NCBI GenBank assembly: GCA_049515535.1
Contig: JBEKTZ010000005.1
Coordinates: forward strand, 62,001-126,000
Direction: 5' to 3'
Origin: Candidatus Aminicenantales bacterium
GTDB taxonomy: Bacteria > Acidobacteriota > Aminicenantia > Aminicenantales > UBA4085
DNA length: 64,000 nucleotides
Each line of letters opens with the position of its first letter. Positions within the stretch are counted from its first letter, which is position 1. This document shows, one piece after another, positions 20,334 to 30,211 of the stretch. Both the position numbers and the translations under genes were made by a program. The notes beneath the pieces are model-generated. The model saw only the letters and a list, made by a program, of their open reading frames with translations. It was not told where the DNA came from and ran no database searches.

Positions 20334-21051
20334 GGGGCCTCTTCTTTAAATAGTTTTCAACGTTGATTATATCCTGCGGCGTATCCACGCTCAAGATCGG
20401 CCGCGAGATTTCGATCATCTTGATTTTCAACCCGTTTTCCAAAACTCGAAGCTGTTCGAGTTTTTCAATCTTTTCCAGCCTCGAAACAGGCAGATGCTGG
20501 AAATTCAGTAAGAATTCTTTTCTGTAGCCGTAGATGCCGATATGTTGAAAAAAATAATCCGGAGCCCGGTAAGGAAGAGATGACCGCGAAAAATAAAGAG
20601 CGTTGCCTTCCTTGTCCGCCACAACCTTGACGATATGGCCTTCATTGATGAGGGTCAGATCGTCAACCCGGGACATGAGCGTGGCCATCCGGACCGCAGG
20701 ATCCCGAAAAGCGCCGACAAGGCCGTCGAGCATGGCGCCGTCAAGGAGCGGCTCGTCGCCTTGAATATTGATGATGATCGGAGCATCTATGCTCGCGGCC
20801 GCTTCGGCGACCCGCTCGGTGCCCGTCTGGTGCTCGGCCGATGTCATCAAGACCTCGGCTCCGATTTTTTCCGCGGCCTTGAAAATTCGCTCATCATCCG
20901 TGGCGATCACGATCCGGTCCAACAGCTTCGACCGTCGAGCCCCTTCATAAACCCATTGGATCATGGGTTTTCCGAGAATCAAAGCCAGCGGTTTTCCCGG
21001 GAAACGGATCGATCCATAGCGGACCGGTATGATTCCCGCGGCTTTTTCCAA
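20326..21051 (-). CDS. kdsB: 3-deoxy-manno-octulosonate cytidylyltransferase
   Basis: RYGSIRFPGKPL, NIQGDEP, HIGIYGY, EKLEQLR; TTG start. Confidence 0.96.
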   Translation of the reverse strand: MEKAAGIIPVRYGSIRFPGKPLALILGKPMIQWVYEGARRSKLLDRIVIATDDERIFKAAEKIGAEVLMTSAEHQTGTERVAEAAASIDAPIIINIQGDEPLLDGAMLDGLVGAFRDPAVRMATLMSRVDDLTLINEGHIVKVVADKEGNALYFSRSSLPYRAPDYFFQHIGIYGYRKEFLLNFQHLPVSRLEKIEKLEQLRVLENGLKIKMIEISRPILSVDTPQDIINVENYLKKRPHG

Positions 21052-21053
21052 GG

Positions 21054-21440
21054 TTATATTTCCAGTTTTTCCAGAACCTCATGTCCCGGATGAGGAATTT
21101 GATTCGAAGTCTGGCACCGGGCTTCGAGGAAAGCGCCTTCTTCCACGATCAGTTTCGGCGTTATAATCGTTCCTTTGACGCGGCCTTGGCTAGTGATCTC
21201 GACCTTCTCGGCGGCCATGATATTGCCGCTGAATTCGCCATCGATCACGACATGATTCACAAAAACCTCGGCTTCGACTTTGCCTTTGCTGCCGATAATC
21301 AGGACGGTTTCGGATTCGATCTTGCCCTTATAAAGGCCGTCGATCCGCAGTGAGCCTACAAATTTTAGGTTTCCGTTGAATTCCGTTCCTTCGCCCAGAA
21401 AACCCATGATCTTGGTTTCGTCCTGCTTTTTTTCCTTCAT
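21054..21440 (-). CDS. Bactofilin (polymer-forming cytoskeletal protein)
   Basis: LGEGTEFNGNL..LRIDG..G.I..P.LIVEEGA beta-helix pattern. Confidence 0.93.
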   Translation of the reverse strand: MKEKKQDETKIMGFLGEGTEFNGNLKFVGSLRIDGLYKGKIESETVLIIGSKGKVEAEVFVNHVVIDGEFSGNIMAAEKVEITSQGRVKGTIITPKLIVEEGAFLEARCQTSNQIPHPGHEVLEKLEI

Positions 21441-22279
21441 GATCGCGCTCCTTTTATGAGGTCATAGATTCGGTTGAGTTCATCCAAAGAAAAATAGTAA
21501 ATTTTGATGACGCCTTTTTTCGAGTTTCCGGCAATAGCCACCTTTGTGCCCAGTCTTTTTAGAAGTTCCTCCTCGACCGCATGAAGGTCCGGATCGGACT
21601 TGGTTTTCCGCGAAACCGGTTTCCTGCTAAATTTTGCCACGATCTTTTCCGTTTCCCGGACGGAAAGGCCTTTATGGATGATCTTTTTGGCAAAATCGAG
21701 CTGTATTTTCGAATCCTCGAGGGCGAGCAGGGCCTTGGCGTGTCCCATCGAGAGATTTCCCTCCTGGAGCCCATCTTGGATCGCGTTCGGCAATTTCAAT
21801 AATCTTAAAAAATTGGCTACGGACGCTCTGTCTTTCCCCACTTTGTCCGCAACATCCTCTTGTGTATAACCAAGCTCATCGGTCAGCCTTCGATAGGCCA
21901 AAGCAATTTCGATCGGGTTTAGCTCTTCCCGCTGAAGATTCTCAACAAGAGAAACTTCAAGCTGCTGTTCTCTAGGAATATTCCGGATGAGCACTGGAAT
22001 TTTGTTTAAGCCGGCTCTTTGCGCCGCACGCCAGCGTCTCTCTCCGATCAAGATTTTATAGGACGCTCCCTCACGGACAACGATAAGCGGTTGCAGAACG
22101 CCGGCCTCCCGGATCGATTGGGCCAGTTCATCTATAGCTTGTTCCTCAAATTTCATCCTTGGCTGCAAAGGATTCGGCTTGATCAGCCCGATATCGAGCT
22201 CTGCATATGACTCATCCTTGAGGATGCCGAATTCCTCTGGGATGAAAGCTTGAATTCCTCTTCCTAACGCCTTTTTCAT
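21437..22279 (-). CDS. parB: Chromosome partitioning protein ParB/Spo0J
   Basis: [33 protein letters not shown]. Confidence 0.97.
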   Translation of the reverse strand: MKKALGRGIQAFIPEEFGILKDESYAELDIGLIKPNPLQPRMKFEEQAIDELAQSIREAGVLQPLIVVREGASYKILIGERRWRAAQRAGLNKIPVLIRNIPREQQLEVSLVENLQREELNPIEIALAYRRLTDELGYTQEDVADKVGKDRASVANFLRLLKLPNAIQDGLQEGNLSMGHAKALLALEDSKIQLDFAKKIIHKGLSVRETEKIVAKFSRKPVSRKTKSDPDLHAVEEELLKRLGTKVAIAGNSKKGVIKIYYFSLDELNRIYDLIKGARS

Positions 22280-23034
22280 TTTTCGAGAATCTCCTGGGCT
22301 AAATTGAGATAAGTTTCGGTGCCTCTGGATTTTGGGTCATAGAGAACTACCGGCTTGCCGAAACTGGGAGCTTCGGCAAGTCTGATGCTTCTGGGAATAA
22401 TGACTTGATAGACGATTTCTTTTAGAGATTTTCGCACTTCTTCCGCGACCTGGCGAGATAAGTTTGTCCTTTCGTCATACATTGTCAGAAGAATTCCCTC
22501 GATTTTCAATGTCGGGTTAAAATATGTGCGCACTTCATTAAGCATATGGAAAAGATCGGGAATTCCTTCCATGCAAAAAAATTCCGTTTGAACGGGAATC
22601 AATACCGAATCCGCGGCAGCCAAGGCATTAATCGTCAAATAACCGAGCGACGGAGGGCAATCGATGATGATAAAGTTGAATTTCAATCTTATTTTATCCA
22701 ATGTCTCACGGAGCGCTCTTTCCTTGTTCTCCCTGGAATAAAGCTCGACTTCAACTCCCGACAATTCGGGGGAACATGGGCAAAGATAAAGATTATCGAG
22801 CTCCGTTCCTTCGATCTGGTCCATTATGTCGACTCCGTTCATCATAGCCTGATAAATACCCCTGTTGGGAGCTCTTGCCCTGCCGAGACCGGCTGTCGCC
22901 ATTCCTTGAGGATCGAGATCCACAAGAAGAACACGCATTTTTTTGATGGCTAATGAAGCGGCTAAATTAATGGCGGATGTCGTCTTTCCCACGCCACCCT
23001 TTTGGTTGACTACCGCAATGATTTTATTCGCCAT
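22276..23034 (-). CDS. parA: Chromosome partitioning ATPase ParA/Soj
   Basis: [27 protein letters not shown]; start at MANK. Confidence 0.97.
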   Translation of the reverse strand: MANKIIAVVNQKGGVGKTTSAINLAASLAIKKMRVLLVDLDPQGMATAGLGRARAPNRGIYQAMMNGVDIMDQIEGTELDNLYLCPCSPELSGVEVELYSRENKERALRETLDKIRLKFNFIIIDCPPSLGYLTINALAAADSVLIPVQTEFFCMEGIPDLFHMLNEVRTYFNPTLKIEGILLTMYDERTNLSRQVAEEVRKSLKEIVYQVIIPRSIRLAEAPSFGKPVVLYDPKSRGTETYLNLAQEILEK

Positions 23035-24907
23035 TGTTGAATGTTCCACGTGGAACAATTTCCCTCGCGATATGCTTTTTCTTCTGGGCACTTAAATGAA
23101 CATAAACACTGAAAACGTCAGATGGAGTGAGCCCCGCGATCTTTTTCATTTCGCGTATTGTCAGAGGCAAATATTTCTTCATTTTTTCGACAGCTTCTCT
23201 GGTCAAACCATGGATTGTACTGAAATCCATCTCTACGGGAATTTTAAGGCCATCCATCTTAGAAATCTTCGCGACCTCTTTTTCCTGTTTCTTTAAATAC
23301 CCTTCATACTTCACTTCAGCTTCAATATGCCTGATCTCTTCGTCGGTAAAAGCTGCGGTAATCGTTTCGTATTCTAGCACATTCCTAAAATGAATTTCAG
23401 GTTTTTTTAGATAGTCTTTTAAGGAGATTTTTTCTTTGTTTTCCAGGGTGATCTTTTTCTTTTCCAAATGAAGAAGGACGGATTTGATCCTTTCATTTTT
23501 CTCAATATGAGCCGCAAAATCTTCGTCGCTGATGAGCCCCAACTCCCGGCCATATTTCATTAGGCGTTGATCGGCATTGTCGATCCGGAGCGTGAGACGA
23601 TACTCAGCTCGTGATGTGAATAGGCGATAAGGCTCCTCGACGCCCCTGGAAATTAAATCATCGATCAGAACTCCGATATAGGCTTCGTCTCGACGGAGGA
23701 CAAATCCCGGCTTTTTTTCAATTTTCAAAAAAGCATTAATCCCGGCCATCATTCCTTGGGCAGCCGCTTCCTCGTAGCCTGAGGTGCCATTGATCTGGCC
23801 GGCTAGAAACAAATTTTCGACGATTTTAGTTTCCAGGGTCGGGTGGAGAAAGGTAGGAGCGAAAGCGTCATACTCGATGCCATACGCGGGCCGAAGGATT
23901 TTAGCCTGATCCAGGCCTGGAATACTGTTTAAAATTTCTTTCTGTGTCTCAAACGGCAGGCTCGTGGAAACGCCGTTGACGTATATTTCCGCGGTTTCGA
24001 TTCCTTCGGGCTCAAGGAAAAATTGGTGCCTTGCATGATGGGGAAATTTCACGACCTTATCTTCAATGGACGGGCAATATCGGGTTCCGACCCCGGATAT
24101 TTTTCCGGAATATAGGGGGGATTTAGCGAGGCTGTTCCGAATGATTTCGTGAGTCTTCGCGTTCGTATAGCCGGAATAACAAACGACCTTGTTCTCAAGA
24201 TGCCTTCGAGTCCGGAAAGAAAAAGGGACGGGCATCTCGTCGCCTGGCTGAGGCTCGAACTGCGCCCAGTCAATCGTATGCTTGTCAAGCCTCATCGGCG
24301 TGCCCGTTTTCAAACGGATAGTCTTCAATCCTAATTTTTTTAGACTTTCGCTCAACTCATGTGAAGCGGGCTCATTGGCTCTGCCTGCGGAATAGCTCTC
24401 GAGACCGATATGAATGAGGCCGTTTAAAAACGTCCCCGGGCTGATGATCACGGCCTTGGCTTTAATTTTATGGCCATCCAAGGTGGCTACGCCTACGGCC
24501 CTTCCGCGCTCGACAAGAACTTCGGCCGCGATACCTTGGAAAACGGTCAGATTAGGGATGTTTTCGAGCCAATTCTTCATAGTCAGGCGGTATCGCGCTT
24601 TATCGCACTGGGCGCGCGGCGCTTGGACGGCGCCTCCCCGGCTCCGGTTTAAAAGCCTGAAGTGGATGCCGGTTTCATCAGCCAGCCGTCCCATGATTCC
24701 CCCCAAGGCATCGATCTCCCGGACAAGATGACCCTTGGCCAAGCCTCCAATAGCCGGGTTGCAGGACATTTGAGCGATCGTGTCCAGATGGATCGTAATC
24801 AAGCAGGTGGAAAGCCCCATAACGCTTGTCGCATGAGCCGCTTCGCAACCGGCATGGCCAGCCCCGACGACAAGGACATCATAAATATCCGCGGCAGATG
24901 CGCTCAT
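23024..24907 (-). CDS. mnmG: tRNA uridine-5-carboxymethylaminomethyl modification enzyme MnmG (GidA)
   Basis: [44 protein letters not shown]. Confidence 0.98.
   Translation of the reverse strand: MSASAADIYDVLVVGAGHAGCEAAHATSVMGLSTCLITIHLDTIAQMSCNPAIGGLAKGHLVREIDALGGIMGRLADETGIHFRLLNRSRGGAVQAPRAQCDKARYRLTMKNWLENIPNLTVFQGIAAEVLVERGRAVGVATLDGHKIKAKAVIISPGTFLNGLIHIGLESYSAGRANEPASHELSESLKKLGLKTIRLKTGTPMRLDKHTIDWAQFEPQPGDEMPVPFSFRTRRHLENKVVCYSGYTNAKTHEIIRNSLAKSPLYSGKISGVGTRYCPSIEDKVVKFPHHARHQFFLEPEGIETAEIYVNGVSTSLPFETQKEILNSIPGLDQAKILRPAYGIEYDAFAPTFLHPTLETKIVENLFLAGQINGTSGYEEAAAQGMMAGINAFLKIEKKPGFVLRRDEAYIGVLIDDLISRGVEEPYRLFTSRAEYRLTLRIDNADQRLMKYGRELGLISDEDFAAHIEKNERIKSVLLHLEKKKITLENKEKISLKDYLKKPEIHFRNVLEYETITAAFTDEEIRHIEAEVKYEGYLKKQEKEVAKISKMDGLKIPVEMDFSTIHGLTREAVEKMKKYLPLTIREMKKIAGLTPSDVFSVYVHLSAQKKKHIAREIVPRGTFNNGE
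23042..23057. promoter_or_regulatory. parS: parS centromere site (ParB binding)
   Basis: Perfect palindrome TGTTCCACGTGGAACA matching the widespread parS consensus, adjacent to parA. Confidence 0.95.
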
Positions 24908-24908
24908 G

Positions 24909-26288
24909 TCATTTTCCAAGGCAAAATTTACTGAAAATATGCTGAATGACGTCTTCCGCCCTGATTTCTCCGGTCAATCGTCCGATGAGGGGGATCGCGG
25001 CGCGGATTTCCTCGGCACAAAATTCTTCCGGATAGCCGCTTTCGAGGAGTTCCAGCCCTTTTTCGAAATGCCTGAGTATTTCCTCGAGCTGGAGTTTTTG
25101 CCTGATATGAAAAATAATTTCATCACGATCTCCAAGCTCAGGGGCAAAGACATCTTGGATTTTCCGTTTCAACCGTTTCAAATTAGTTCCCTTCAAGGCT
25201 GAAATTTCAAGAGAAGGGAAGTCCTTGAACCGCTTTTTGATTTGGGCAGCGTTCATTTTTTTAGGCAGATCAATTTTATTGAAAACGAGAAGAGCTTTTT
25301 TTCCCCGGAACTCCTCAAGAAGCGCAAAATCCTCTGCCTTCTCCTTGCGAGAAATATCCAATATCATAAGCAGGCCGTCGGCCTGAGAAGCGATTATCTT
25401 GCTTCGCTTTATGCCCTCCTTTTCGATTGCCGACGCCGGTTTCCCCAGGCCGGCCATGTCCACGAGGTTGAAAAACGTGTCCTTGATTTTGATTTTCTCT
25501 TTTATATAATCCCGGGTCGTTCCGGCAAACGGGGTTACGATGGCCCTCTCATCCTCGAGAATGGCGTTGAAGAGCGTCGATTTTCCGACGTTCGTTCTTC
25601 CCGTAATGGCTAGGGTAACGCCGTCGGTCAGGGCTTTTCCCGCATTATAGCTCGATACCAGATCGGCCAAAAAAGCGACCATCTTTCCAAGGGAAAGAGC
25701 TATTCCGCCCGAGGAGACTGGAATCACATCGTCGGGAAATTCTATCGTCGCTTCGATCCTGGAAATGAGATCTAGCGTTTGGGCGCGAAGCCGGGCGATC
25801 TTTTTGGAAAGGCTGCCGTCGATCTGATTGAAGGCGAGTTTTGCGGCAATAATCGAATCGGCCCGGATTAGACCATTGATCGCTTCCGCCTGGAGAATAT
25901 CGATCCGGCCTCTGACATAGGCCCTCCAGGTGAATTCTCCAGGATGCGCATGCCGCGCGCCTGCCCGAATTCCCAGGCGTAAAGCCTCTTCCATTACCGC
26001 CGGGCCACCGTGGCAGCTAATTTCGACGACATTTTCCTTGGTGTAAGAATGAGGTTCAGGGAAAAAAAGGCAATATCCTTCATCCACCGCTTCCTGACTT
26101 TCAAAGTCCATGAGATTTCCAAAAACGGCCTGCCTGGGAAGAATTTTCGCGCCGGCCTTCTTCGCTCGAAACATCCTTTTCGCGATTTTTAGGGCGTCTA
26201 TTCCGCTCAACCGGATAACGCCGATACCCCCGTATCCGGGAGGCGTCGAAATCGCGATAATCGTGTCCTCGAGGCTGAATTCCAGCAT
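24909..26288 (-). CDS. mnmE: tRNA modification GTPase MnmE (TrmE)
   Basis: DTIIAISTP, GRTNVGKSTL, GTTRD, C-terminal FCLGK. Confidence 0.97.
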   Translation of the reverse strand: MLEFSLEDTIIAISTPPGYGGIGVIRLSGIDALKIAKRMFRAKKAGAKILPRQAVFGNLMDFESQEAVDEGYCLFFPEPHSYTKENVVEISCHGGPAVMEEALRLGIRAGARHAHPGEFTWRAYVRGRIDILQAEAINGLIRADSIIAAKLAFNQIDGSLSKKIARLRAQTLDLISRIEATIEFPDDVIPVSSGGIALSLGKMVAFLADLVSSYNAGKALTDGVTLAITGRTNVGKSTLFNAILEDERAIVTPFAGTTRDYIKEKIKIKDTFFNLVDMAGLGKPASAIEKEGIKRSKIIASQADGLLMILDISRKEKAEDFALLEEFRGKKALLVFNKIDLPKKMNAAQIKKRFKDFPSLEISALKGTNLKRLKRKIQDVFAPELGDRDEIIFHIRQKLQLEEILRHFEKGLELLESGYPEEFCAEEIRAAIPLIGRLTGEIRAEDVIQHIFSKFCLGK

Positions 26289-26381
26289 TTGATTAAGATT
26301 TTAATGGAGTGGAGGATATTAGTAAAGGGGCGCTCGAATGCGGCGAGCTGCATATTCGGGGCGAAGTTCAGTCCCCGGTCT

Positions 26382-27023
26382 CTATTTTCCCTGCCTATCG
26401 ATCGGAAAGATCTTGACCCGCTTTAAAAATCCTTCGCCTAGGCTTTCGCTCGTGATTCCGGAGATCTGGTTGACGGCAATATGAACGATTCGCCGTTCAT
26501 AAGGATTCATGAGATCCAGGATTTCGTTCTTGCCCGTCTCGCCGACCTGGCGGGCCACATCCTGGGCATATTCACGGAGCCTTTTTTCTTTCCTTTTTCG
26601 GAAAAATTCGCAGTCCACCTGGACTTTTTGATTGGAAATTTTATTCAAGACGTGTTGGAGGGCCAGAAGGAGGTCTCCGTCCTTCCAGAGAAGAAGCTGT
26701 TTGTCTTCGCCGTCGAAGACGACGAAAACGAATCCGTTCTTCTTTTTCACTTGATACGTGATTTCGAGAGGGAAAACACGCATGAGTTTCTCGAGAAAAT
26801 CAGAGACAGCATTTTCCTCGGCCGCGATCTTCGGCCAGGCGCGGATGACGATTTCCTTGCTGATCCCGAAGAGCTTGGTCTTTTCGGTGACGATCTCATA
26901 ATTGAGCTCGGCCCTCGACAGTTTCAGCTTATGCTCGGCATGGCCGATGGCCTCCTCGAGATTCTTGCCTTTGAATTCCTTGAGTTGCTCGTCGTTTTGT
27001 TCAGGCTTTTCTTCGTTTTCCAT
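26382..27023 (-). CDS. jag: Jag/EloR (KhpB) RNA-binding protein (Jag-N, KH-like, R3H)
   Basis: GKNLEEAI N-domain; MNPYERRIVH R3H motif; follows yidC. Confidence 0.9.
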   Translation of the reverse strand: MENEEKPEQNDEQLKEFKGKNLEEAIGHAEHKLKLSRAELNYEIVTEKTKLFGISKEIVIRAWPKIAAEENAVSDFLEKLMRVFPLEITYQVKKKNGFVFVVFDGEDKQLLLWKDGDLLLALQHVLNKISNQKVQVDCEFFRKRKEKRLREYAQDVARQVGETGKNEILDLMNPYERRIVHIAVNQISGITSESLGEGFLKRVKIFPIDRQGK

Positions 27024-28719
27024 GGGATTCAACCTTTTTTTTGGCCATCATGCGGTTCATGATATATTGCTGTCCGATCTGAAGAACGTTGGAAGTCAGC
27101 CAGTAGAGCACCAGTCCGCTTTGAAACGACATGAAAAATATGGTCATGACGACCGGCATGATCAACATCATCCGCGCTTGAGAAGGATCGGCCGATGTCG
27201 GCGTCATTTTCTGGCTGATGAACTGCGTCGCGCCCATGAGAAGCGGCGTGATATATAACGGATCCTTGACCGAAAGATCCTTGATCCAGAAGATCCAAGG
27301 GCTTTGCCTCAGCTCGATTGCGGCGCGCAGCAGGCTGAACAGTCCGAAAAAGACAGGAATCTGAAGGAGCATGGGCAGGCAGCCGCCGGCCGGGTTGACC
27401 CCGTTCTCCTTGTAAAGTTTCATCATATCTTCATTCATCTGCCGGCGCTGGGCGATATCGGTCTTTGATTTTTTATATTTGGCCCGCAGCGCTTTTATCT
27501 TGGGCTGGAGCTCGGCCATTTTGGACATGGATTTCGTGCTGCTGTAGGTCAGGGGGAAAAAGATGATCTTGATGATGAAAGTCAGGACGATGATGGCGAA
27601 ACCCCAATTCGGAATGAACTTGTGGATGAATTTCAGCGTGACGAAGAGAATTTCGGCGATGAAGCCGAAGAAGCCGAATTGGACGATCTTTTTCGTATTC
27701 TGCCCGAATTTGTCAAGAACCTCGAATTCCTTGGGCCCGATGAACACTTTACCGGGATTGGCGACAGCCACGTAAAATGACGGCAGCCTATTCGCGCTGT
27801 CTTCCTTCAAAAAAACGGCTTTTCCGGGCGCCGCGGCCGGCAGGAAAATCGCCGCGAAATAATTGTCGTCATAAGCGGCCCAAGACACATAATTGGCCGC
27901 GCTCTTGATAGGATCGTATCTTCGCTCATCAATTTTCGGAGTGGCGGTCCCGATCATAACGGTCATGCCTCGGCTGGCGCCGGTGCGGCTGAATTCATCC
28001 GTCCCGGCGCTCCGCAAACCCGGTCCCCAGAGCAGCCACGGTTCGACGGGCTGACCGTTTCTTAGGATTTGAATATTGATGCCGAAATCGTATTTTCCTC
28101 CGAAAAACGAATATTCTTTCCTGACGACGAGTTCATCGCCGAGGGCATATTCAAAAATGACATCTTCACTTTGGCCGTCGGGCACTTCAACCGGTTCAGC
28201 CTTATCATTGAGATCAGGGACGACGCCTCGGCTTTTTATCGTAATCCGGTAAAGCCGGCTATTGAAAGCATTCGACAAGACGGTTTCGTGGTTCAAGCCT
28301 TTCATCGGATCGGGATTCTCGTCCAAGAGAGAGAACGGAAACATTTTCATTTCCGCCGCCGACTCGGAAACCAATTCCAGGTCTTCATTTTTGTCGTTCT
28401 TATGCTTTTTTAAGCTCCAGCTCGTCAATAACCCGCCCTTATTGGTCCAATCAGCCGCGTAGAGCGAAGTCGAAAGCTTTAAATGCTTCTCGTGGTATGC
28501 TTCTATATTCTTTATATTCAACGATTTAGATTCTTTTTTTGCATCTTTGGCCGGGGCAGGGTTCGATAGCGGCTTCGCTTCGAGCGGTTTCGACGGCGAG
28601 ACGGTCGTCGTGATGGGAGTCAAGACGGGCGAAGGTTTGGGTTTCGGTCCGAGCACGAGCTGCCAGACGAGCAAAAGCAAAAAAGAGAGGACGATCGCGA
28701 GCAACAATTTCTTTTCCAT
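27001..28719 (-). CDS. yidC: Membrane protein insertase YidC
   Basis: NWGFAII, GVNPAGGCLP, WIKDLS..DP, GLVLYW. Confidence 0.97.
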   Translation of the reverse strand: MEKKLLLAIVLSFLLLLVWQLVLGPKPKPSPVLTPITTTVSPSKPLEAKPLSNPAPAKDAKKESKSLNIKNIEAYHEKHLKLSTSLYAADWTNKGGLLTSWSLKKHKNDKNEDLELVSESAAEMKMFPFSLLDENPDPMKGLNHETVLSNAFNSRLYRITIKSRGVVPDLNDKAEPVEVPDGQSEDVIFEYALGDELVVRKEYSFFGGKYDFGINIQILRNGQPVEPWLLWGPGLRSAGTDEFSRTGASRGMTVMIGTATPKIDERRYDPIKSAANYVSWAAYDDNYFAAIFLPAAAPGKAVFLKEDSANRLPSFYVAVANPGKVFIGPKEFEVLDKFGQNTKKIVQFGFFGFIAEILFVTLKFIHKFIPNWGFAIIVLTFIIKIIFFPLTYSSTKSMSKMAELQPKIKALRAKYKKSKTDIAQRRQMNEDMMKLYKENGVNPAGGCLPMLLQIPVFFGLFSLLRAAIELRQSPWIFWIKDLSVKDPLYITPLLMGATQFISQKMTPTSADPSQARMMLIMPVVMTIFFMSFQSGLVLYWLTSNVLQIGQQYIMNRMMAKKKVESHGKRRKA

Positions 28720-28730
28720 ACTATGACCTC

Positions 28731-28940
28731 TTAAGGGACGGGATCAAACCCTCCTCCGTGAAAAGGATGGCACCGGAAAAGTCTTTTCGTCCCAATCCAG
28801 AATCCTCTGGCCAGCCCGTATTTTTCAACGGCCTCGGCCATATATTCCGAGCAGGTCGGATAAAATCGACAATGCCGTCCAAGAAAAGGGGAGAGAATTT
28901 TTTTATAAGCTTTGATGAGAAATAAAAAAACGCTTTTCAT
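28731..28940 (-). CDS. yidD: Membrane protein insertion efficiency factor YidD
   Basis: [22 protein letters not shown]. Confidence 0.96.
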   Translation of the reverse strand: MKSVFLFLIKAYKKILSPFLGRHCRFYPTCSEYMAEAVEKYGLARGFWIGTKRLFRCHPFHGGGFDPVP

Positions 28941-28944
28941 GAAA

Positions 28945-29292
28945 TTAGCGCTTCCCGCCGATCGCTTGAAGTGCCGCAAGATAGCGTTCGCGTAAATCTC
29001 GCCATGTCGCCGCCTGGATGTCTTTTTTGGCGATCAGGAGAAGATCCACCGGATATATCAGCAAATCCTTGTTCCTTCTGAACAATGCTCTCATTCTGCG
29101 TCTGATCTTGTTGCGCTCGACGGCGTTCCCGACTTTCTTGCTGGTGACAACGGCCATCCGGGAATGACCAAGCCTGTTGGGAAGATAAATCAGGTTAAAA
29201 TATTTTCCTCGGGCACAGACGCCGCTTTTATAAAGATCGTTAAAATCTTTCTTCTTGCGGATCCTCTCGAGAGGACCATAGCTTTCTATCAT
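28945..29292 (-). CDS. rnpA: Ribonuclease P protein component
   Basis: [16 protein letters not shown] (RNR-type motif); position after rpmH. Confidence 0.95.
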   Translation of the reverse strand: MIESYGPLERIRKKKDFNDLYKSGVCARGKYFNLIYLPNRLGHSRMAVVTSKKVGNAVERNKIRRRMRALFRRNKDLLIYPVDLLLIAKKDIQAATWRDLRERYLAALQAIGGKR

Positions 29293-29426
29293 CAAACAGC
29301 GAGGCGTTTCCGGCCTTTCTGTCTTCTTCTCTTGATGACTTTCTGTCCGCCCTTGGTGCTCATGCGGACCAGGAATCCATGGTCTTTCTTCCTTTTTCTG
29401 TTGTTCGGTCGGAATGTTGGCTTCAT
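29292..29426 (-). CDS. rpmH: 50S ribosomal protein L34 (44 aa; not in the ORF track)
   Basis: Hand translation [44 protein letters not shown]; immediately upstream of rnpA. Confidence 0.97.
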   Translation of the reverse strand: MKPTFRPNNRKRKKDHGFLVRMSTKGGQKVIKRRRQKGRKRLAV

Positions 29427-29450
29427 AATCTTAGGTCCTTTAAGGGTAGT

Positions 29451-29479
29451 ATGTTATTAAACCTCCGATATCCTGTCAA
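29451..29479 (-). promoter_or_regulatory. sigma70 promoter of the rpmH operon
   Basis: TTGACA-N17-TAACAT. Confidence 0.75.
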
Positions 29480-29487
29480 GCCGGATT

Positions 29488-29629
29488 TCTCTTGACCCTA
29501 ATACAGTTTCCAAGACGAGGGGTAAACGAAACCCTGTCCCCATCTGATGAATCCCCTGGAAGCTGATCATTTAATCGCTTCCCATGGGGGCAGAGAATCA
29601 TGTCCCCGAAACTTTATTAGGGTCGGAGA
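29488..29629 (+). ncRNA. Candidate rod-shaped structured RNA (6S-like architecture) or MITE-like element
   Basis: Nested stems 29494-29510/29608-29624 (16 of 17 pairs), 29534-29543/29584-29593 and 29558-29567/29574-29582, with a central asymmetric bubble. Confidence 0.4.
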
Positions 29630-29643
29630 TTTCTCCTATCTAT

Positions 29644-29672
29644 TTGACTCTTTTAGGGAAAAAGGCTATAAT
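29644..29672 (+). promoter_or_regulatory. sigma70 promoter of carD
   Basis: TTGACT-N17-TATAAT, 9 nt upstream of the ATG. Confidence 0.8.
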
Positions 29673-29681
29673 GAGTTATTC

Positions 29682-30200
29682 ATGAACTCATTTAAGATTG
29701 GCGATAGAGTCATTTATCCCAATCAAGGCCTTGGCGTCATCGAAGACATCCAGGTTGAAGCCTATAACGGGGAAAGCTTCAGAATCATCCATTTGAGGAT
29801 TCTGAACAATAACACGCTGGTCCTCGTTCCATCCTCGTCCGCCGAAGAGATGGGCATCCGCAAGCTCATCTCCCAACATGCCGTGAAAGAGATCTTCGAC
29901 TATATGAAGAACGGAGATGTCGAAGTGAGCATGAACTGGAAAGGCCGCTACAAAGAGCACGTGAATCTGATGAAGTCGGGCACGATCCTGGACATGGTCT
30001 CGGTTCTGAAGAGCTTGTTTTATCTCAGCCTCGTCAAACCGCTCTCCTTCCGAGAGAAGAAGATGATGGAAAAGGCTAAAGAGCTGATCATCACGGAGAT
30101 CTCCGAGGCGTCGTCCATGCCCTCGTCTCAGATCGAACGGAAGATCATCCATACTCTTTCGCACTGTTTCAAAGACCTCAAGGCCGGCTTGGACATCTGA
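29682..30200 (+). CDS. carD: CarD family transcriptional regulator
   Basis: FKIGDRVIYPNQGLGVI, GIRKLI, NWKGRY, LSFREKKM. Confidence 0.93.
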   Translation: MNSFKIGDRVIYPNQGLGVIEDIQVEAYNGESFRIIHLRILNNNTLVLVPSSSAEEMGIRKLISQHAVKEIFDYMKNGDVEVSMNWKGRYKEHVNLMKSGTILDMVSVLKSLFYLSLVKPLSFREKKMMEKAKELIITEISEASSMPSSQIERKIIHTLSHCFKDLKAGLDI

Positions 30201-30211
30201 GCTTTACCGCC

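Noticed and set aside
29544..29557. CTGATGAATCCCCT matches my recollection of the IS10 outer end
   Set aside because: Only 14 nt, with no partner end, transposase or target duplication; likely chance
29519..29630. Hammerhead ribozyme suggested by CTGATGA with CGAAAC...GTC motifs
   Set aside because: Stems I and II cannot be formed around the core in any permutation I tried
29427..29681. oriC at the usual position upstream of rpmH
   Set aside because: No TTATCCACA-type boxes, no AT-rich unwinding element and no dnaA seen
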